Source: an uncultured Actinomycetes bacterium
Lineage (GTDB): Bacteria > Actinomycetota > Thermoleophilia > Gaiellales > Gaiellaceae
DNA length: 64,000 nt
Reading direction: 5' to 3'
Assembly (NCBI GenBank): GCA_963733135.1
Contig: CAVTBX010000005.1
Location: forward strand, 77,450 to 141,449
Position numbers and translations under genes: made by a program. This document shows positions 8,134 through 16,411 of the stretch, piece by piece (position 1 is the first letter of the stretch; each line of letters starts with the position of its first letter). Below the pieces are notes generated by a model. The model was not told where the DNA came from. It searched no databases and was given only the letters and a program-made list of their open reading frames with translations.

Positions 8134-8790
8134 GTGAGGCTCCTGATCGTCGAGGATGAGGATGCGATCGCAGAGCCGCTCGCCGAAGGTCTGCGGCGCG
8201 AGGGGTTCGACGTCACGCGGGTTGCGACCGGCGAGGAGGCGCTCGCGGCCGCGGAGCCCGATCTCGTGCTTCTCGACCTGCGGCTGCCCGACATCGACGG
8301 GTTCACGGTCTGCCGCGAGCTCCGCGCCCGGTCGGACGTGCCTATCATCGTCGTGACCGCGAAAGGTGAGGAGATCGACCGCGTCGTCGGGCTCGAGCTC
8401 GGGGCGGACGACTACGTCGTGAAGCCGTTCGGTCTCCGTGAGCTGATCGCCCGCATCCGCGCCGTCACGCGTCGGACCGGCAGGCGCGAGGACGCTCCTG
8501 TCTCGGTGACCGTCGGCGAGCTCGAGGTCGACTCGCGGGCGCGCCGGGTTTCGGTCGCCGGCGAGGAGATCGCGCTCACCGCCAAGGAGTTCGACCTCCT
8601 TGCTCTCCTCGCGCAGGAGCCGGGCGCGGTTCTGAGTCGTCAGCGGATCCTTGAGGAGGTCTGGCAGACGACCTGGTACGGATCTGGCAAGACGATCGAC
8701 GTCCATGTGGCCTCCCTCCGCAAGAAGCTAGGCGACCCGGGCTGGATCGAGACCGTCCGCGGCGTCGGCCTGCGGCTTCGCGACGCGTGA
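8134..8790 (+). CDS. OmpR/PhoB-family response regulator
   Basis: GTG start (VRLLIVEDE). A receiver domain is followed by a winged-helix output domain (TAKEFDLLALLA...GVGLRL). Confidence 0.9.
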   Translation: MRLLIVEDEDAIAEPLAEGLRREGFDVTRVATGEEALAAAEPDLVLLDLRLPDIDGFTVCRELRARSDVPIIVVTAKGEEIDRVVGLELGADDYVVKPFGLRELIARIRAVTRRTGRREDAPVSVTVGELEVDSRARRVSVAGEEIALTAKEFDLLALLAQEPGAVLSRQRILEEVWQTTWYGSGKTIDVHVASLRKKLGDPGWIETVRGVGLRLRDA

Positions 8791-10160
8791 CCCGGCGACT
8801 ACTGTTCGGCTATCTCGGGCTGACCGTGCTCGTCCTGGCCGTGCTCGAGGTTCCGCTGGCAATCACGCAGGCCAGAACGGCCAGGGCCGATCTCACGGCC
8901 AAGGTGGAGCGCGACGCGGTCGCCCTCGGGTCACTGGCACAGGAGGCGGTGCGCGTGCGCGACGCCGAGGCGCTCGACCGGGTCCGGGAGATCGCCGAGG
9001 AGTACGCAGCGGACACCGGCGGGAGGGTGGTCGTCACCGGAGCCCGAGGTACCTCACTCGTCGACAGCTCGGATGCCTTCGAGCTCGGACGTGACTTCTC
9101 GACGCGGCCGGAGGTTCAGGCTGCCCTCGCCGGAACGGTCGTCAGCGGCATCCGCGAGTCGGAGACCCTAGGCACGCGCCTTCTCTACGTCGCGGTTCCC
9201 GTCGCCTCGGGCGGCGTGGTCGACGGCGCGGTGCGGATTACTTACCCGACCTCCGAGCTCGACGAGCGTGTGCGCCGCTACCGGCTCACCTTGCTCGCGA
9301 TCGCGGGAATCGTCCTCCTCGCCGCAGCGGGGATCGGCGTCCTTCTCGCCCGTTCCGTCACCGGCCCGCTACGCCGTGTGGAGTCAACGGCTGCCGAGTT
9401 CGGCCGAGGCAACCTGAGCGCGCGCGCTCCGGTCGGCGGCCCACCCGAGGTGCGTGAGCTCGCGCACTCGTTCAACGACACCGCGGCCAAGCTCGAGAGC
9501 CTGCTGCACTCCCAGGAGCAGTTCGTGGCCGACGCCTCTCACGAGCTTCGGACGCCTCTGACGGCGCTCCGGCTCAGGCTCGAGAATCTCGAGCGAGATG
9601 TCCAGCCTGCCGGCCGCGGCGACCTCGAGGCCGCGATCGACGAGGCGGAGCGCCTGAACCGCATGGTGCAGGACCTGCTCGCCCTGGCCCGCGCGGACGC
9701 GACGGAGGCGCCTGCGGAGCCCGTCGATCTCGGCGAGCTCGCCCGCAGCCGTGCGGAGGCGTGGGAGGCCTACGCAGCCGAGCGAGGAGTCACAGTGGTC
9801 GCCGAGTCTGCGGGCAGACCGGTTGCCCGGGCCGGCCGCGGACGGGTCGAGCAGATCGTGGACAACCTGCTCTCCAACGCCCTCGAGGTCTCTCCCCGCG
9901 GGCGCCGGGTTCGGCTCGTCGCCGAAGCCCGCAGAGATACGGCGGTCATTCGGGTGATCGACGAAGGGCCGGGCATGACGGCCGACGAGCGCAGTCGGGC
10001 ATTCGACCGGTTCTGGCGCGGGCGCCAGGACGGGGCGGGCTCGGGGCTCGGTCTTGCCATCGTGAAACGCCTCGTCGAGGCCGACGACGGGGCCGTGGAG
10101 CTCTCCGAAGCCGAGAGCGGCGGCATCGACGCCGTCGTTACTCTCCGCACTGCCCGCTAA
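8787..10160 (+). CDS. Sensor histidine kinase (2 TM, HAMP, HisKA, HATPase_c)
   Basis: H-box SHELRTPL, N-box LLSNALEV, G-boxes DEGPGM and GSGLGLAIV. 4-nt overlap with the regulator. Confidence 0.9.
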   Translation: MTRRLLFGYLGLTVLVLAVLEVPLAITQARTARADLTAKVERDAVALGSLAQEAVRVRDAEALDRVREIAEEYAADTGGRVVVTGARGTSLVDSSDAFELGRDFSTRPEVQAALAGTVVSGIRESETLGTRLLYVAVPVASGGVVDGAVRITYPTSELDERVRRYRLTLLAIAGIVLLAAAGIGVLLARSVTGPLRRVESTAAEFGRGNLSARAPVGGPPEVRELAHSFNDTAAKLESLLHSQEQFVADASHELRTPLTALRLRLENLERDVQPAGRGDLEAAIDEAERLNRMVQDLLALARADATEAPAEPVDLGELARSRAEAWEAYAAERGVTVVAESAGRPVARAGRGRVEQIVDNLLSNALEVSPRGRRVRLVAEARRDTAVIRVIDEGPGMTADERSRAFDRFWRGRQDGAGSGLGLAIVKRLVEADDGAVELSEAESGGIDAVVTLRTAR

Positions 10161-11128
10161 TGCTTCTCGAGCAAGAGGACGCGGAAGCCAGCTAGCGCGC
10201 CTGGCGTCGGGTCGAACACGCCAGCCGAGCCCGGCGCGAGCCGCTCCCGCCAGCTCTCCTGCTGCTCGTAGCGAAGCTCGGTCAGCCCCGCTGCTCGGGC
10301 TGCACGGCGCAGCGGCCCGAAGTCGACGTCCGCGGTGATGTCCTGCGAGCCGGGCGACTCGAGCGAGTCGGCGCCGCGCATGCCGCCGACGTAGGTGCGT
10401 ACCGGCTCCCGGCCCGTATGCACGTCGTCGCCTTGGCCGCCGTAGTCCGCGACGAGGATGCGCCCACTCGCGATCGTGCCGGCCAGTGCGAGCAGGAGCG
10501 CCGGCGCTTGGGGCCGGACGGCATAGCGGCCGCCGAGCCGCGGCTCGATCTCCGCCTGGAGCGCGGCGGCGAGATCGGGCGAAGGCGCACGCCGCCCTTC
10601 GTGCAGGGCTCCGCCCCCGTCCGCGGTCACGACAACCTCCTCGGGCCACTCCAGGAGCCAGAAGGGGAGGGCGTCGAAGAGCTCGTTTGCGACGACGAAC
10701 CCGGCCGCTGCCCGTGCTTGGCCGGGCTCCTCGACCCATGAGGGCGGTACCGGCGAGCCAGCCAGTGCCTCCTCTTGGGCCACGCGCATCCCCTGAGCGC
10801 GCTCCACGAGGACGAGGTGCGAGAGGACGCCCTCGAGCCGCTCGGCAAGCCCGGCGGCGAGTGATCCGTCGCCGGGCCCTGCCTCGATCAGCGCGAACTC
10901 GCTCGGCGAGCCGAGCGCGGTGTGGGTCGCGCGCACCTCCGCGGCGACAGCGTCGACGAACCGTCCCTGACGTGTTGGAGTGGTGGAGAACGCGCCGCGC
11001 AGGCCGAGCCTCGTGCCACGCGCGTAGAACCCGGCCTCCGGGTAATAGAGGGCTGCTTCAACGTAGTCCGCGAAGGAGATCGGCCCCGAAGAGCGGATCC
11101 GCTCGACGAGCCGCCGGCGCAGGTTCAC
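10157..11128 (-). CDS. MidA/NDUFAF7-family SAM-dependent methyltransferase (DUF185)
   Basis: LIEAGPGDGSLA SAM motif and VANELFDALP motif. GTG start. Confidence 0.78.
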   Translation of the reverse strand: MNLRRRLVERIRSSGPISFADYVEAALYYPEAGFYARGTRLGLRGAFSTTPTRQGRFVDAVAAEVRATHTALGSPSEFALIEAGPGDGSLAAGLAERLEGVLSHLVLVERAQGMRVAQEEALAGSPVPPSWVEEPGQARAAAGFVVANELFDALPFWLLEWPEEVVVTADGGGALHEGRRAPSPDLAAALQAEIEPRLGGRYAVRPQAPALLLALAGTIASGRILVADYGGQGDDVHTGREPVRTYVGGMRGADSLESPGSQDITADVDFGPLRRAARAAGLTELRYEQQESWRERLAPGSAGVFDPTPGALAGFRVLLLEKH

Positions 11129-11155
11129 CCTCGGCCTTCTGAGTATGCTCGGGGC

Positions 11156-11428
11156 ATGTGTCGAAACATTCGCACGCTCTACAACTTCGAGCCGTCAGCC
11201 TCCGAGGAGGAAGTCCGCGCGGCCGCACTGCAGTACGTCCGCAAGATCAGCGGCTTCACAAAGCCGTCGCGGGCGAACGAGGAGGCGTTCGAGCGGGCCG
11301 TCGACGAGGTCGCCCACACGTCGAGGCACCTCCTCGAGTCGCTCGTCACGCACGCCGAGCCGAAAGACCGCGAGGTCGAAGCCGAGCGCAAGCGCGCCCG
11401 AGCGGCCAAGCGCTACGCGGCTGCGTAG
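11156..11428 (+). CDS. DUF2277 domain protein
   Basis: The N-terminus MCRNIRTLYNFEP...ALQYVRKISG is characteristic of this family. Internal ATG of ORF 10922..11428. Confidence 0.72.
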   Translation: MCRNIRTLYNFEPSASEEEVRAAALQYVRKISGFTKPSRANEEAFERAVDEVAHTSRHLLESLVTHAEPKDREVEAERKRARAAKRYAAA

Positions 11429-11448
11429 GCCTCCCGGCCGAACGGACA

Positions 11449-11467
11449 GGCCGCTGGTACAGCGGCC
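11449..11467. terminator. Possible bidirectional hairpin between convergent genes
   Basis: GGCCGCTG-GTA-CAGCGGCC is a perfect 8-bp stem between the DUF2277 stop and the pilC stop. There is no clear U-tract. Confidence 0.35.
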
Positions 11468-11482
11468 GCATCCTGTCTGGCC

Positions 11483-12697
11483 TTACGAGCCGCCGATCAG
11501 CGTGAGCAGCTTGAACATCGGCAGGTACATGCTGATGATGATCACCCCGACCATCAGGCCGACTCCGATCATCATCAGGGGCTCGATCACCGACGTCAGG
11601 GTCGCGATCGCGCTGTCGACCTCGTCCTCGTAGAAGTCGGCGATCTTCCCGAGCATCTTCTCGAGCTCACCGGTCTCCTCGCCGACTCGCACCATCTGCG
11701 AGACCATCGGCGGGAAGATCGGATCCTCGGTGAGCGGCACGGCGATAGGCACGCCCTGGTGCACCTTCTCCCGCACCTCCGCGACGGCGTCCTCGATGAG
11801 GCTGTTGCCTGACGTGGAGCCCGTGATCTCGAGGGCTCGGATGATGTCGACGCCCGAGCCGACGAGGGTCGAGAGCGTCCGCGAGAAGCGCGCCATGCCG
11901 ATCTTCAGGATCGTCGCGCCGATCGAGACCGGCAGCTTCATCCGGAAGCGATCCCAATGGCGCCGGCCTTGCTCGGTCTTCTTGTAGCGGAAGAAGCCCC
12001 AGATCACGAGCGCGATGCCCGGGAAGAGGATGTAGTACTGGTGGCGCACGATGTTCGACGCCTTCAGGACGTACTGCGTGAGCGTCGGCAGGTCGCCGCC
12101 GAGCTGCGAGAAGATCCCGACGAAGACCGGGACCAGGAACATCAGCATCCCGATCAGGACGAGGGTCGCGAAGAGCAGGACCATCGCCGGGTACATCATC
12201 GCGCCCTTGACGCGGCGCTTGATCTTCGTCTCCTTCTCGATCTGGAGCGCGACGCGGTCGAGCACGACGTCGAGGATTCCCGCTGCCTCGCCGGCCTCCA
12301 CCATGGCGATGTAGAGCCGGGAGAAGATGCGGGGGTGGCGTGCAAGCGCCTCGGAGAGAAGCAGGCCGCCCTCGACGTCGGCGCGCACCTCGGAGATGAC
12401 GGACGCGAACTTCTTGTCCTCGGTCTGCTCCTCCAGGATCACGAGCGCGGTCACGACGTTCAGGCCCGCCTCGATCATCGTCGCGAACTGGCGCGAGAAG
12501 ATCTGGAGCGACTTCGGCTTGACCTTCTTGACCGCGGCTCCGATTCCCTGCGAGCTCGACGCGCGCTGCGTCAGGTCGAGCGCGAGCAGCCCGCGCACAC
12601 GCAGGGCTTCGCGCGCCGAGTTCTCGTCGGGCGCGTTGACCTCGCCAGAGAGCTCGAGGCCCTCCGCGTTGATGGCGCTGTAGGCGAACGAAGCCAT
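11483..12697 (-). CDS. pilC: Type IV pilus platform protein PilC (GspF family)
   Basis: ATG at 12697 (MASFAYSAINAEG). Two T2SSF repeats and 3 TM segments. 404 aa. Confidence 0.9.
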   Translation of the reverse strand: MASFAYSAINAEGLELSGEVNAPDENSAREALRVRGLLALDLTQRASSSQGIGAAVKKVKPKSLQIFSRQFATMIEAGLNVVTALVILEEQTEDKKFASVISEVRADVEGGLLLSEALARHPRIFSRLYIAMVEAGEAAGILDVVLDRVALQIEKETKIKRRVKGAMMYPAMVLLFATLVLIGMLMFLVPVFVGIFSQLGGDLPTLTQYVLKASNIVRHQYYILFPGIALVIWGFFRYKKTEQGRRHWDRFRMKLPVSIGATILKIGMARFSRTLSTLVGSGVDIIRALEITGSTSGNSLIEDAVAEVREKVHQGVPIAVPLTEDPIFPPMVSQMVRVGEETGELEKMLGKIADFYEDEVDSAIATLTSVIEPLMMIGVGLMVGVIIISMYLPMFKLLTLIGGS

Positions 12698-12707
12698 CCA
12701 GCCAGGC

Positions 12708-12735
12708 AGATCGGCATCCCCCGCCTGCGGCTTGA
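12708..12735 (-). promoter_or_regulatory. Sigma-28 (FliA/SigD/WhiG)-type promoter of pilC
   Basis: Minus strand reads TCAAG-N15-GCCGATCT, then 10 nt to the ATG. Confidence 0.65.
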
Positions 12736-12759
12736 GGGCGAACGGACGCCTGCCGATGA
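12732..12759 (+). promoter_or_regulatory. Sigma-28-type promoter of the divergent minor pilin gene
   Basis: TTGAG-N15-GCCGATGA, then 8 nt to in-frame GTG 12768. Its -35 overlaps the pilC -35 within the hexamer CTTGAG (12731-12736). Confidence 0.55.
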
Positions 12760-12767
12760 AAGAACCG

Positions 12768-13530
12768 GTGTTCACGCGGCGTCTACGTGCGGTCCGGGCC
12801 GCCTCGCCAGAGGCCGGCTTCGGCATGATGGAGCTTCTGATCGCGGTCTCGATCCTGTCGATCGGGATTCTCGCGGTCTTCACGCTCATGAACTCCGGGA
12901 TGGTGCAGATCCAGCGCGCCGCCTCGATCTCGACGGCCGCGGCGCTCGCCGAGGTCGCGGATGGAGAACTTCCGCGCGGTGAAGTTCACCGCCATCGGGC
13001 TCGCGGACACGGAAGTCGCGACCGCGGACGCGACCTACGCCGCCGACAGCGCCTACCGCACGGACACGCCGACGACGACTGCGTCGACGGCTCTCACGAG
13101 CAGCGGCACGAGCCTGACGGTGGCGAGCACGGCCGGCTTTCCGGCCGCGGCGCCCTTCCGGGTCTCGATCGACAGCGAGGTCCTCCAGGTCGTGGCCGTC
13201 AGCGGCACGACGTGGACAGTCTCCCGCGGTCAGGACTACACGGTTGCGGCTGCCCATTCGGCAAGCGCGACGGTCGCCCTCAAGCAACGCGTTCACCTGC
13301 CGGTGTGTGGCACCTCCCCGTGCACGAACTGGCACCCGACGGAAACCGTGACAGGAGCCGACGACCGCAGCTACCGGGTCGACACGTACGTCACGTGGCA
13401 GCTCACTCAGAACTCGGCTGGCACGACCGGGCGAAACGCCAAGCGCGTCACGATCGTCGTTCGAAACGCGACGACCATGCAGGTCTTCGCTCGGGCGACC
13501 TCGACGTTCGACGAGGCCACAGGGCTCTAG
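12768..13530 (+). pseudogene. PilV-like minor (pseudo)pilin interrupted by a +1 frameshift near 12950-12962
   Basis: The prepilin N-terminus (PEAG/FGMMELLIAVSILSIGILAV) is in frame 3 (ORF 12732..). The body (MENFRAVKF...) is in frame 1 (ORF 12961..13530). Frame 1 has a TGA at 12889. Deleting one G in GTCGCGGATGG restores the reading ...AAALAEVAMENFRAVKF... Confidence 0.6.
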
Positions 13531-14816
13531 GAAACGCGGCCGGCCTGTTCCTGGAGGCTGACGGCCCGCTCCAGAAGCTCGAACGCCTCGTCCCGGCGAC
13601 CAAGGGCCTTCAGGACGTCGGCGAGGCGACGGTACGCCGTAACCAGTGATCCGCTGGCGCCGGTGCGCTCCAGGCGCTCGACGGCCCGCTCGTAGAGCTC
13701 GCGGGCGTGCTCTGTGTCGCCGAGGCTCTCGGAGATCTCTCCGAGGAGAAGCAAGGCTCGGCCCGACTCCGCAGGTTGCGAGCCGGTAATTCCGTGGGCG
13801 ACCTCACCGGCCACGGCCCTTGCCTCCTCCTTGCGCCCGACAGCGAGGAGGGCGCGCGCTTCCTCGAGCCGGTAACGCGCCTGCTCCTCGGGCGTGCCCA
13901 TCGCAGCGATCGCCGCTCGACCCTCGTCGAGCAGCCTGAGCGCCACTTGCGGGCGGTCGAGCTCCGTGCAGACGGAGGCGAGCAGCTCGCCGACGTGGGC
14001 GACCGCGAAGCCGTCCTCGGTCACTCGGAGAAGCTCCAAGGTGCTGCGGGCCGAGCGCTGTGCCGCCACCATCTGACCTTCATCGGCCAGCCGGCGCGAC
14101 CGAGACCGGAGGAGTCGCGCGCGGGCGTAAGGGTCGGTGATCGTCGAAGCGCGCTCGAGTGCGTCCGCGAGCACGCGCTCCGCATCCGCTGCGCTCCCGT
14201 TCTCGACCAGCACCGTGGCCAGGAGAGCGGAGAACCGAAGCTGTGTGGCGTCGTCGGCCCCTGCCTCGAGCGCCCGGCGAAGGAGCGCGATCGCCTGGGC
14301 CAGCTCCCCGAGCGTGGAGTAGGCGCGCACGAGGGTTTCGACGAGCACCGGCCGCTCGGAGACGTCGTCTCCAGCGAGCTCGAGCGCGAGCTCCAACTCC
14401 TTCACCGCGTCGCCTAGCTCGCCCTCCCGATACGCGAGGCGGCCGAGCCCTTCGTGAGCCCGCGAACGAGAGCCGTCGTCGCGGAGCTCCGGGAAGAGAG
14501 CGGTATAGAGCGTCCGCGCCTCGTCTCGCTCGTCAAGGCGAAGCGCCACTTCTGCGTCGACGAGCCTGCTTGCGAGCTCTTGGTCTCGGTCGCCGGTGGC
14601 CAGGTAGTCCTCCGTGACCCCGAGCCGCCGTCCGAGCTCCCGGAGGAGTTGGAGGGAAGGGATGCGGTCGCCGGCTTCGATCCGCGAGATGTACGCCGGG
14701 GAGCACCCCGAGAACGAGAGATCGCGCTGGCTCACCCCCGCCCGCTCACGGGCCTCACGGAGACGTCGACCCACCTCACGCGGAGAATCTACGTGCTGTG
14801 ACTTTTGTCTTGGCAC
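13527..14816 (-). CDS. XRE-family HTH + TPR-repeat transcriptional regulator
   Basis: N-terminal HTH_3 (GRRLREARERAGVSQRDLS...YISRIEAG), followed by about 350 aa of TPR-like helical repeats. GTG start. Confidence 0.8.
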   Translation of the reverse strand: MPRQKSQHVDSPREVGRRLREARERAGVSQRDLSFSGCSPAYISRIEAGDRIPSLQLLRELGRRLGVTEDYLATGDRDQELASRLVDAEVALRLDERDEARTLYTALFPELRDDGSRSRAHEGLGRLAYREGELGDAVKELELALELAGDDVSERPVLVETLVRAYSTLGELAQAIALLRRALEAGADDATQLRFSALLATVLVENGSAADAERVLADALERASTITDPYARARLLRSRSRRLADEGQMVAAQRSARSTLELLRVTEDGFAVAHVGELLASVCTELDRPQVALRLLDEGRAAIAAMGTPEEQARYRLEEARALLAVGRKEEARAVAGEVAHGITGSQPAESGRALLLLGEISESLGDTEHARELYERAVERLERTGASGSLVTAYRRLADVLKALGRRDEAFELLERAVSLQEQAGRVS

Positions 14817-14826
14817 TCATTAGCCT

Positions 14827-14832
14827 ATTGTA
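14827..14832 (-). promoter_or_regulatory. Housekeeping-type -10 box (TACAAT) of the regulator gene
   Basis: Minus strand reads GCGATACAATAGGCTAATGA-GTG, so the -10 box lies 10 nt from the start codon (leaderless-like). No GCCGAT motif is present here. Confidence 0.4.
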
Positions 14833-14926
14833 TCGCCTCACCGGGCAGCCAGCATCGCTTCGCCCCCGCGGCGGCGTTGGAGCGCGCGGCGAGGGACGAT
14901 AACTCCCCGCCCGATCGATCGCTCGG

Positions 14927-15703
14927 CTACTGGAACTGGATGCCGAGGAGCTTGATCGAGTAGCGGATCCCGTCCGGCTGGCTCACGAGGTTGAGCGTCT
15001 TGCCGAGCCTGACGCGGATCGCCTTCTTGCCGTTCGAGAACTCGCCGGTCACAAGGCCCACCCAGGCGCTGGAGCTCGAGAGCCTTGTGACTGTGAAGAG
15101 CTTGTCACCCTTCGGGAAGGGCTCGTCGAGAGCAACCGTCTGCCTGTCGCCGTTCACCTTGATGACAGCGGCGGTCGGCTCAGCATCGTCTGGATCGTCG
15201 GAGCCGGAGGGACCTGGATCGAAGGTTCCGCCGGAGCCCGAGCCGGCGCCTCCGCCTCCACCCGGATCGGTCGGCGCGGGCGTCACCGTGGCGCCGGCAG
15301 GCTCGGGCGGGGTCGTGTCGACGATCTGGCGGAACGGATCCTTGCCGAAAAAGCGGTCGAAGGTGACGAGCTGGCCGGTTTCGGCGGGCACCGGCTCATC
15401 CGACTCGGGAAGCGGCAGCGATCCGTCGGCCGGGGCCTCCATGGGCGCGGCGCCGGGGGCCGAGGTGGAGGGTGGGGGCGCGGTGGACGGATCGGGTGTC
15501 GCGCCGGGGGGAGTCGCCTCGGTCGGCGTCGGCGTCTCGACGGGCGTCGCAGCCGGCTCGTCCCCGCCGGTCAGCATCTTGAGGTAGCCCGGGCCCTGCC
15601 AGACCATCAAGAGGAGGAACACGGGCACGAGGACGAACAGCAGCTTCTTCTGCTTCGCCTCCTTTTGCTTGCGGAGCATCTCTTGGCCTCTGAGCTTCGC
15701 CAT
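14927..15703 (-). CDS. PilP-like pilus assembly protein (TM anchor, Pro-rich linker, C-terminal beta domain)
   Basis: Last gene of the pilT-pilMNO operon. The C-terminus (VIKVNGDRQTVALDEPFPKGDKLFTVTRL...) resembles the PilP beta-sandwich. The assignment rests on position and architecture. Confidence 0.5.
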   Translation of the reverse strand: MAKLRGQEMLRKQKEAKQKKLLFVLVPVFLLLMVWQGPGYLKMLTGGDEPAATPVETPTPTEATPPGATPDPSTAPPPSTSAPGAAPMEAPADGSLPLPESDEPVPAETGQLVTFDRFFGKDPFRQIVDTTPPEPAGATVTPAPTDPGGGGGAGSGSGGTFDPGPSGSDDPDDAEPTAAVIKVNGDRQTVALDEPFPKGDKLFTVTRLSSSSAWVGLVTGEFSNGKKAIRVRLGKTLNLVSQPDGIRYSIKLLGIQFQ

Positions 15704-15712
15704 GGCCAGTCC

Positions 15713-16411
15713 CTAGCTCCCGGCCGCCTGTGCGTCGGGCGGGTCCGTCGACGTCTCCTCGGTCGTCGTCTCGGTGCTGGTAGTCGTAGTCGTCTCAGTG
15801 GTGGTGGTCGCTGTGGCCGCTGGCGGGGCACCCGGAACGGTCGGCGCCGGGGCGGCTCCGTACGAGTAGGCCGAGAGCGTCAGCACGGCCTCGATCATCG
15901 GGAACTTCTCCTCCGCTGCTTCGTGGAGGTCGAGCGCATCGAGCGTGTACAGGCGACCGCTCGCGTCGAGCACGCCCTCCTTGACCGTGACGAGATTCCG
16001 CATCCGATATAGGAAGTCCGTCAGGTCGTAGTAGTTGCCGTGAAACGTGAGGTTGATCGGGAGCGCGCTCGAGTCGGTGAACGAGACCGGCTCGGCGGGC
16101 TGAATCGAGACGAACTCGATGCCGGCCGAAGCCGCCATCGCGTTCAGCTCGAGCATGATCCCGGCGATGTCCGAGCCGTCCGGCATCGCCTTCGCAAGCC
16201 GGAAGAGATCGGCGACGTCGATCCGGACGCGCGGCGGTGCGGCCGGCGTCTGCGGCCCGGCCAGTGCCGCCTGCTCTTCGAGCGCGGCGATCTCGTCGTC
16301 GAGCTTCGTCGCCTCGGCAGCCTTGGGGCGGATGAGCGCGAAGTAGGCGACTGCGAGAGCGATCGCAAGCGCGGCCGCGAGGACGGGGGTAAGCGGGACT
16401 TGCTTCTTCAC
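15713..16411 (-). CDS. pilO: Pilus assembly protein PilO
   Basis: TM helix, coiled coil and a PilO-like ferredoxin-type core (PINLTFHGNYYDLTDFLYRMRNL). It has a Thr-rich tail. 4-nt overlap with pilN. Confidence 0.72.
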   Translation of the reverse strand: MKKQVPLTPVLAAALAIALAVAYFALIRPKAAEATKLDDEIAALEEQAALAGPQTPAAPPRVRIDVADLFRLAKAMPDGSDIAGIMLELNAMAASAGIEFVSIQPAEPVSFTDSSALPINLTFHGNYYDLTDFLYRMRNLVTVKEGVLDASGRLYTLDALDLHEAAEEKFPMIEAVLTLSAYSYGAAPAPTVPGAPPAATATTTTETTTTTSTETTTEETSTDPPDAQAAGS

